From: an uncultured Bacilli bacterium
Lineage (GTDB): Bacteria > Bacillota_I > Bacilli_A > RF39 > UBA660
Assembly (NCBI GenBank): GCA_934140575.1
Contig: CAKPBJ010000001.1
Location: 68,905 to 132,904 of the forward strand
Direction: 5' to 3'
DNA: 64,000 bases
Shown: positions 57,766-64,000 of the stretch, piece by piece
Position numbering within the stretch: position 1 is the first letter of the stretch
How the letters are laid out: every line of letters begins with the position of its first letter
The notes under the pieces: generated by a model
What the model was told of the DNA's origin: nothing
The model's input: the letters and a program-made list of their open reading frames with translations, nothing else
Database searches by the model: none
Translations under genes and position numbers: made by a program

Positions 57766-60294
57766 TTATTTAGTTAAATCTGCAAGTTTATTTTTTTCTT
57801 CTTCAAGTTTTTGTCTATCCATTTCTACTATATTTGCAGGTGCTTTATTAACATAATTTTCATTTGATAATAGTTTTTCACGTCTTGCGATAGATGATTT
57901 TAATTGTTCTATTTGGGCTTCTTTTTGAGCTATGTCTGCTTCTGTTTCAATCTTTTCAAAGAATATTTTAGCTTTTATTCTGTTTGAGAATACTTTGTAT
58001 GCTTTAATTCCTAATGGTTCTTTTACTAGATTGTCTTGAAGTTTTAACATCTTAACAATAAGTTCATTATCATCTTCTGTATCAAACATTACTTTCATAT
58101 CTTTTGTGATATTGTTTTCTGCTTTTACATTTCTGAATGTTTTAATAAACTCTATTTGATCATCTACTATTACTTCTTCTGTTTCAAATATAAATTTCTT
58201 TGAATATTTTGGATAAGTTGAAATCATAATAGATTCTTGATCTTTTACTGGTAACATTTGATATATTTCTTCTGTTACATATGGCATGAATGGATGAAGT
58301 AATTTTAATATTCCAGTTAACACTGTACATAAAACTGATTGTGTAGTTTCATCTCCACTAGTGTACTTTGCCATTTCAATATAGTAGTCACAGAAATAGT
58401 TCCATGTGAAATCATAGATTGCAGCTCCTGCGTTATTGAATTGGAATTTATCCATGAATTTTTTTACTTCATGAATAGTTTTTTCATATTTTGTTAGAAT
58501 CCATTTATCTTCTGGTTTTAGATTATCTAGTTTTATTTCTTTTAAGTTTTCAATATTCATTAATGTGAAACGAGATGCATTCCATAACTTATTTATAAAG
58601 TTCCATGTTGCTTTGATTTTTTCTTCATCGAATCTCATGTCTGTTCCGCCTGCTACATCTGTTGCGAGATAGTATCTTAGAGAATCTGCTCCATATTTTT
58701 CTATCATATCGAATGGGTCAATTCCATTTCCTAAACTTTTTGAGAATTTTCTTCCTTGTTTATCTCTAATAAGTCCATGGATTAGACAGTGTTCGAAAGG
58801 TCTTTTTCCTAAAAGTTCTTCTCCTTGGAATGTCATTCTATTTACCCAGAACGGGATAATATCATATCCTGTTACTAATACGTTATTTGGATAATATCTT
58901 TTTAACATATCAGTCTTTTCAGGCCAACCAAGTGTTGCGAATGGCCATAATGCACTAGAGAACCATGTATCTAATACATCTTCATCTTGCTTCCATCCTT
59001 CTCCTGTTGGTGCTTCTTCTCCTACATAAACTTCATCATCTTTATACCAAGCAGGAATTCTATGTCCCCACCATAATTGTCTTGAAATACACCAGTCATA
59101 TGTTATTTCCATCCAATGATTCATAGTCTTTTCATAACGAGCTGGGACAAAATGAACTTTTGTATCTTTATCTTTTTGATTTTTAAGAACTTGGTCAGCT
59201 AATGGTCTCATCTTAACAAACCATTGTTTTTTAATCATTGGTTCTACCATTACTCCTGTTCTTTCACTATGTCCTACTTCATGAACTATTGGTTCAACTT
59301 TTATTAATAAGCCAGCTTCTTCTAAGTCTTTTAATAATTCTTCACGACATTTTTCTCTAGTCATTCCTTGATATTTTTCAGGACAATTTTCATTCATTGT
59401 CGCATCGTCATTCATGATTTGGATTCTTTCTAGATTATGTCTATTTCCAACTTCAAAGTCGTTAGGGTCATGAGCTGGAGTAATTTTAACTGCTCCTGTT
59501 CCTTTAGTCATATCAGCATGTTCATCTGTAATTACTGGTATTTTTTTATTTACAATTGGAAGTATAACATTCTTTCCTACAAAGTCTTTATATCTTTCAT
59601 CTTCTTCATTTACAGCTACTGCTGTATCTCCAAATAATGTTTCTGGTCGTGTTGTTGCGACATCTATAAACTTATCACTATCTTCTAACTTATATTTTAA
59701 ATGATAGAAAGCACTTTTTTCTTCTTTATAAATAACTTCCTCATTTGATAGAGCTGTTTGTGCAGCTGGGTCCCAGTTAATTATTTTTTCTCCACGATAG
59801 ATTAAGCCTTTATTATAAAAGTCTATAAATACTTTATTAACTGCTTTTTTCATTCCATCATCTAGAGTAAATCTTTCTTTTGAATAATCTAGAGATATAC
59901 CTAATTTTGACCATTGAGCTCTTATTAAATCAGCATGTTCTTTTGTCCAAAGCCAACATTCTTCAAGAAACTTTTCTCTTCCTACTTGATGTTTTTCTTC
60001 TCCTCTATCCTTTAATCTCTTAACAACTTTTGCTTCTGTTGCGATTGCGGCATGGTCCATTCCTGGTAACCATAAAGCATCATAACCTTCCATTCTTTTG
60101 TATCTAATAATTATATCTTGAATTGTTACATCCCAGGCATGGCCTAAATGTAGAACTCCTGTTACATTTGGAGGAGGAAGGACTATACAGAATGGTTTCT
60201 TACTTGTATCTCCAGATTTAAAGTAATTCTTTTCTTTCCATGTTTCATATTTGTTTTGTTCTACTTCATCATGATTATATTTTTTTTCCAACAT
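57766..60294 (-). CDS. valS: valyl-tRNA synthetase
   Basis: HIGH (PPNVTGVLHLGHA), KMSKS (KFSKSLGN), C-terminal coiled coil; start moved to internal Met (MLEKKYNHDEVEQNKYETW...). Confidence 0.9.
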   Translation of the reverse strand: MLEKKYNHDEVEQNKYETWKEKNYFKSGDTSKKPFCIVLPPPNVTGVLHLGHAWDVTIQDIIIRYKRMEGYDALWLPGMDHAAIATEAKVVKRLKDRGEEKHQVGREKFLEECWLWTKEHADLIRAQWSKLGISLDYSKERFTLDDGMKKAVNKVFIDFYNKGLIYRGEKIINWDPAAQTALSNEEVIYKEEKSAFYHLKYKLEDSDKFIDVATTRPETLFGDTAVAVNEEDERYKDFVGKNVILPIVNKKIPVITDEHADMTKGTGAVKITPAHDPNDFEVGNRHNLERIQIMNDDATMNENCPEKYQGMTREKCREELLKDLEEAGLLIKVEPIVHEVGHSERTGVMVEPMIKKQWFVKMRPLADQVLKNQKDKDTKVHFVPARYEKTMNHWMEITYDWCISRQLWWGHRIPAWYKDDEVYVGEEAPTGEGWKQDEDVLDTWFSSALWPFATLGWPEKTDMLKRYYPNNVLVTGYDIIPFWVNRMTFQGEELLGKRPFEHCLIHGLIRDKQGRKFSKSLGNGIDPFDMIEKYGADSLRYYLATDVAGGTDMRFDEEKIKATWNFINKLWNASRFTLMNIENLKEIKLDNLKPEDKWILTKYEKTIHEVKKFMDKFQFNNAGAAIYDFTWNYFCDYYIEMAKYTSGDETTQSVLCTVLTGILKLLHPFMPYVTEEIYQMLPVKDQESIMISTYPKYSKKFIFETEEVIVDDQIEFIKTFRNVKAENNITKDMKVMFDTEDDNELIVKMLKLQDNLVKEPLGIKAYKVFSNRIKAKIFFEKIETEADIAQKEAQIEQLKSSIARREKLLSNENYVNKAPANIVEMDRQKLEEEKNKLADLTK

Positions 60295-60730
60295 TTTCAT
60301 CAACTTCTTTCTGATATCTTTTATATTTTTTTCTAATTTCATTTACAATATCGGTTATTCCACTAATTTGTTCTGGTTCATCTTCTTCAAACGTTAAGGA
60401 ATAAGCACCAACTAAATTTTTATTTAAAAAATCCATTTTATTATATTCCATCCAAGTTAACTGTCTTTCTGTTATTCTTCTTGGAATATAAAATATTGTT
60501 ATGTCATTAACACCTAATTCTTTTACTATTAAATGACCTTGATTTGCTAATTCTAATGGTGCATCTTGATAGTCGCCTAGGCTAAAGTTATAACCTAATT
60601 TAAACTTATCTGAAAAGTCTTGAAAGGCTTCTAAATGGTTCTTAATTATTCCTTTTTCATATTTATCTTGAATAATTTTTTCTTCATCTGGTATTATTAT
60701 GACCTTTCCTTGTTCATGCATTATAATCAC
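60275..60730 (-). CDS. hypothetical protein in valS operon
   Basis: 151-aa ORF between HAD gene and valS. Confidence 0.3.
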   Translation of the reverse strand: MIIMHEQGKVIIIPDEEKIIQDKYEKGIIKNHLEAFQDFSDKFKLGYNFSLGDYQDAPLELANQGHLIVKELGVNDITIFYIPRRITERQLTWMEYNKMDFLNKNLVGAYSLTFEEDEPEQISGITDIVNEIRKKYKRYQKEVDENVGKKI

Positions 60731-61277
60731 CTTCTAATTCTTTTAAAACATCTTCCCAGGTATTGACTCGTGTAATACCTTTTTCATCTAAATCTTTTTT
60801 GGATATTTGTTTATTGTGCCAAGCAGTAAATAATATTTTTTTATTAGTATGGAGATTAGATAATTTATCATCAATTGAAATGTCTCCTTTAATTAGTTGT
60901 TTATTAGTTGTGAATATATATTTACTAGGATCAATAAATGGTAAATTTTCTCTTAAATAATTATATTTATTTTTTAGATTGTTGGCACTTGAATCTATTT
61001 TATCTTTCCAGAGATAAGATGTTACTATATAGATATCATATTTTTTATTTAACTTTTCTAATACTTTATAACAATTTCCTTTTAAAGGACAATCTTCATA
61101 TAAATTTTTTGTACTTAAGAATTCATAGAATTCATTTTTTCTATCCTTTACTAGGTTTTGAAGATAGAAGTCTGTTTGGTCTTCTAATTTGTAATCTGTA
61201 TTTAAAAATTCATTTATGTAGTCTAGTATTTTGGGGTCTGTTATACAGTTGTCCATATCAACTAGTAATGTTTTCAT
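60714..61277 (-). CDS. HAD-superfamily 5'(3')-deoxyribonucleotidase-like protein (NT5C family)
   Basis: motif I LVDMDNCITD (DxDx[TV]); start set at ATG 61275-61277 behind AGGAGG, just after T-box terminator. Confidence 0.5.
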   Translation of the reverse strand: MKTLLVDMDNCITDPKILDYINEFLNTDYKLEDQTDFYLQNLVKDRKNEFYEFLSTKNLYEDCPLKGNCYKVLEKLNKKYDIYIVTSYLWKDKIDSSANNLKNKYNYLRENLPFIDPSKYIFTTNKQLIKGDISIDDKLSNLHTNKKILFTAWHNKQISKKDLDEKGITRVNTWEDVLKELEGDYNA

Positions 61278-61282
61278 AATAG

Positions 61283-61500
61283 CCTCCTTTCTAAAAACTA
61301 AAAAACTATTCATCCAAAGGACGAATAGTTCGTGGTACCACCTTAATTTATACTTAAAGTATCTTAATATTTATAACGGAATTATCCGGAATTATTTACT
61401 TTGTTTCAATAATTATGTTCCTCTGCTACCTTCAATATCCTTGTTTATTCATTTACACCTACCATGAACTCTCTAGAAAACAGTAAATATTTACTCCTCA
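61283..61500 (-). promoter_or_regulatory. T-box riboswitch leader (probable Val specifier GUA) with terminator, upstream of HAD-hyp-valS operon
   Basis: minus-strand AAATTAAGGTGGTACCACGAAC T-box sequence; terminator AACTATTCGTCC..GGATGAATAGTTTTTT; AGAGAG and GAAGGTAGC in stem I region. Confidence 0.65.
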
Positions 61501-61529
61501 GATTCATCACATCTGGTTTTGATTATATA

Positions 61530-61814
61530 TCATTTTTTGGGATTTATCAATATTTTTTGATTTTTTATGTTGTCCAGATAGTTTTTTTCTTCATTATCCA
61601 TGTATCCTTTAAATATAATCTTATTTATTTCTGAATGATTGAATACACAAATTGTATCTGATCTTAATATTCCTTCTGGATACATACAACCACAGTAATC
61701 AAATACATGATTTGGATAATCATTAGTACTTACTAAGTAACCAGTTACCATTAATTTCTTTTTACCACCATTTAGAAGTACTATACTACCTAAGGGTAAT
61801 AATTCTTTATTCAT
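61530..61814 (-). CDS. DUF4176-family protein (paralog 1)
   Basis: LPLGSIVLLNGGKKKLMVTGY...DYCGCMYPEG pattern; start at internal Met 4 nt after preceding stop. Confidence 0.55.
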   Translation of the reverse strand: MNKELLPLGSIVLLNGGKKKLMVTGYLVSTNDYPNHVFDYCGCMYPEGILRSDTICVFNHSEINKIIFKGYMDNEEKNYLDNIKNQKILINPKK

Positions 61815-63054
61815 CGTCATCACCTCTATAGAAAAAATCATCTTCTTCATTGTAGAATTTATTTATACTATTTTTATCTCGTGATGCATGATATGGAGTA
61901 TTATCTTCTATTTCTTTTAAATTTTGTTGATTAATTGTAGAGTTTTTTGATGCGAATGATTCATTTTGATTAATACTATTTGATGTATCATATGTTCCTT
62001 CTAGTTGTAGTTCTTCTTCACTATTTCTATCATCATAATACATTTTTCTTTTTCTATTATCTTTGTATTTTTTATCATCAATAATTACTGCACCTAGAGC
62101 ACCTGTTATTCCTGCGGCTGCTATTCCTAAGCCAATTGGTACTGTATTATATGAACTAGATGTTGTTTCTGTGGGTTGTTGTGCTACTGGAGGTACTGTT
62201 GTACTACTCATGCTTTGAGTCAGACTTTTGCTTAAATTAGTATCATATTTATTTTCGATTGCGCTTAATCTATCTGAAATTGAATTTATAGCATTTTGTC
62301 CAGTATTATTTTCTTTTACAGCATTTAATTCTTCACGTAGAGACGCTACAGTATTTGCATCTTCCCTACTCATATCATATCTTGCCATATATCTATCAGA
62401 TAAATTTTGTCCATTTTCAGTGTTAGATGAAGCAAATGATGATACTTTTGAACCAGTTTGTTCTTGTCTCCATACTGACATATCTCTTGATACTAAGTCT
62501 TCTTTTTCTGAAGTACTTAAATTTAAATTATCATATTTTTTTAAGAGTGAATTTTTCCACTCATCTGATGATGAATAATTAGTTGGATATTCATTTGCAG
62601 TATTTGTAACCATATAGTCTTTTATTGAATCATCAAGATTATTATTAAAGTCATTAATATTATTAGAAATATTAATAGTATTATTTTTAGATAATAATGA
62701 ATTTATCTTACTACTAGAAGTAGTGTCTTTATAGATTGTTGATAAATCTTTTATATCATTAGATGTGACTTCTTCAACATTAGAAAATCTTTCTAATGTA
62801 CTATTAAGGGCATCTTTTAGATTAGTTATTTGTTTTTTTGTACTTTCTAATTTCTCATATAGTTTATTAATAGAATCTTTGTAGGAAGTTATACAATTAC
62901 CATGTTCTAAATTAGTTGTGGTAATTAGATTTTCTATATCTTCAAAGTAAGTTGTTAAGTCAGTATTATTAATGCAATTTTCGACTGATGTTAGAGTATC
63001 AAGTGAAGTTGATATTCTTTCTAAGTCGATGCAACCAGTATATCCTTGTGCCAT
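61807..63054 (-). CDS. hypothetical protein: ~300-aa helical Ser/Thr/Asn-rich N-region, single TM (VPIGLGIAAAGITGALGAVII), acidic C-terminal tail
   Basis: 415-aa ORF translationally coupled between 143-aa gene and DUF4176 paralog 1. Confidence 0.35.
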   Translation of the reverse strand: MAQGYTGCIDLERISTSLDTLTSVENCINNTDLTTYFEDIENLITTTNLEHGNCITSYKDSINKLYEKLESTKKQITNLKDALNSTLERFSNVEEVTSNDIKDLSTIYKDTTSSSKINSLLSKNNTINISNNINDFNNNLDDSIKDYMVTNTANEYPTNYSSSDEWKNSLLKKYDNLNLSTSEKEDLVSRDMSVWRQEQTGSKVSSFASSNTENGQNLSDRYMARYDMSREDANTVASLREELNAVKENNTGQNAINSISDRLSAIENKYDTNLSKSLTQSMSSTTVPPVAQQPTETTSSSYNTVPIGLGIAAAGITGALGAVIIDDKKYKDNRKRKMYYDDRNSEEELQLEGTYDTSNSINQNESFASKNSTINQQNLKEIEDNTPYHASRDKNSINKFYNEEDDFFYRGDDDE

Positions 63055-63063
63055 ATTGATCTC

Positions 63064-63495
63064 CTATAATGTCTTAGCAAGTTCTAATCTTGCTTCTAGA
63101 CTTTTTATTCTTCTATTTGTTGTTTCTTTTGATAATTTTTTTTCTTCTGCAATTTTATCTTCTATTGCAGTAATTAACTGATTCTTTTCAATTTTCTTTT
63201 GTTCAGATGATGAGTTTTCTACTTGTAGTTTTATATTTTCAAGGGTACTTTTTATTTCATCTATATTATTTAATATATTTATTGCCATTTCATTAGCAGG
63301 AGTTGCTCCCATAATATTTATTGATGATTTATCAAGTCCTCCATTAATTGTTTCATATTTTATATTTTCATATATTACTGGATTCATATATGAATTAAAA
63401 TCTGTATATATATCATTTATTTTATCAGTTAATTTATCAGGATTAATGATTTCTTTTGAATCAGTTTTCCAAGTTATCCAATCTACTTTAGACAT
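63064..63495 (-). CDS. hypothetical alpha-helical/coiled-coil protein (143 aa)
   Basis: predicted helical, coiled-coil C-terminus; 9-nt gap to downstream gene. Confidence 0.35.
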   Translation of the reverse strand: MSKVDWITWKTDSKEIINPDKLTDKINDIYTDFNSYMNPVIYENIKYETINGGLDKSSINIMGATPANEMAINILNNIDEIKSTLENIKLQVENSSSEQKKIEKNQLITAIEDKIAEEKKLSKETTNRRIKSLEARLELAKTL

Positions 63496-63568
63496 ATTAA
63501 CACCTTACCTTTATTCTATATTAATTATAGGAAAATATGAGTGTTAAGTCAAATAAAAAAAAGAAAGC

Positions 63569-63928
63569 TTAAGCTTGCGCTTCGCTTTCTTTTTCTTTAT
63601 TAATTTCGGTTACTTCTTTTTTTATTTCATCAATTGATAGTTTTAACATATGATTAAAGCCATCATGTTCAGCCGTCTTGTATCCTTGATAACAAATTTT
63701 TTCAATTTGGTCATGATTAAAGCCAATTATTTGATCTTGCCTTATTATACCTTCAGGGTATGTACAGGCACAATAGTCATACATTTTCCCTGTTGAATCA
63801 ATCTTTTTTCCATTTTCATATAACTCACCTGTTGGAAAGATACAATATCCTGTAATCATTAACTCTTTTTTTCCACCTTTTAATAAAACTACTGTTCCAA
63901 TTGGTAAAAATTTTTCTTCTTTTTCCAT
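63569..63928 (-). CDS. DUF4176-family protein (paralog 2)
   Basis: FLPIGTVVLLKGGKKELMITGY...YDYCACTYPEG; GGGAGGAG RBS. Confidence 0.55.
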   Translation of the reverse strand: MEKEEKFLPIGTVVLLKGGKKELMITGYCIFPTGELYENGKKIDSTGKMYDYCACTYPEGIIRQDQIIGFNHDQIEKICYQGYKTAEHDGFNHMLKLSIDEIKKEVTEINKEKESEAQA

Positions 63929-63944
63929 TTTTACTCCTCCCTAT

Positions 63945-64000
63945 TTATTGTAAGTCAGCGAGTTCTTCGCTAGATCTTGCATCATATTTTTCTTCATTAT
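63945..64000 (-). CDS. C-terminal end of a gene entering from beyond the right edge
   Basis: open minus-strand frame ...NEEKYDARSSEELADLQ* ending just upstream of DUF4176 paralog 2. Confidence 0.3.
   Translation of the reverse strand, partial: NEEKYDARSSEELADLQ

Noticed and set aside
61807-63054. LXG toxin domain assignment for the 415-aa protein
   Set aside because: N-terminus is helical but lacks a convincing LxG motif and there is no recognisable C-terminal toxin domain. Left as hypothetical.
1-64000. Possibility of genetic code 4 (TGA=Trp), given the very low GC
   Set aside because: Long conserved proteins (phosphoketolase, HtpG, AspS, GatB, ValS) are intact in the standard code and Trp positions are TGG.
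1-64000. CRISPR arrays, rRNA genes, IS elements or integrase/transposase genes
   Set aside because: No regularly spaced direct repeats, no rRNA-like sequence and no recombinase-like ORF detected. The only tRNA is tRNA-Ala.

Overview
This is an AT-rich, low-GC Firmicutes-type chromosomal segment in the standard genetic code. Phosphoketolase, HtpG, GatB and AspS read through intact with TGG for Trp. Almost all genes lie on the minus strand.

The conserved backbone, read left to right on the plus-strand coordinates, is: a DUF1292 protein; a thiol-disulfide module; cysteine desulfurase; a RelQ-type small alarmone synthetase; a VUT/YhhQ-like transporter; phosphoketolase; an orphan hybrid histidine kinase; htpG with a CIRCE-like operator; MscS; aspS-gatBAC behind a T-box leader; rhomboid; trpS; recO-yqzL-era-cdd-dgkA-ybeY; yqfD-yqfC; yqeY-rpsU; radC-mreC-mreD-spoIVFA-spoIVFB followed by tRNA-Ala(UGC); a CTD-less Rel; and valS behind a second T-box leader.

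Accessory content sits between these genes:
- A bacteriocin export locus: a C39-peptidase ABC transporter, a small TM protein, and two unannotated double-glycine-leader peptides.
- A sortase B gene next to a surface protein carrying an NPNTS sorting signal.
- A roughly 900-bp segment bounded by ~51-bp direct repeats that duplicate the 3' end and terminator of tRNA-Ala. It carries a solo MazF-like toxin gene nested between 35-bp direct repeats.
- A 611-aa type IV pilin-like protein.
- A secreted small protein followed by a three-permease ABC cluster.
- At the right edge, two DUF4176 paralogs bracketing two uncharacterised proteins, a possible T7SSb-effector-type module.

Two genes whose conserved N-terminal catalytic motifs lie upstream of the first ATG (the C39 ABC transporter and the SpoIVFB-like M50 protease) appear to start at ATT codons downstream of GGAG(G).
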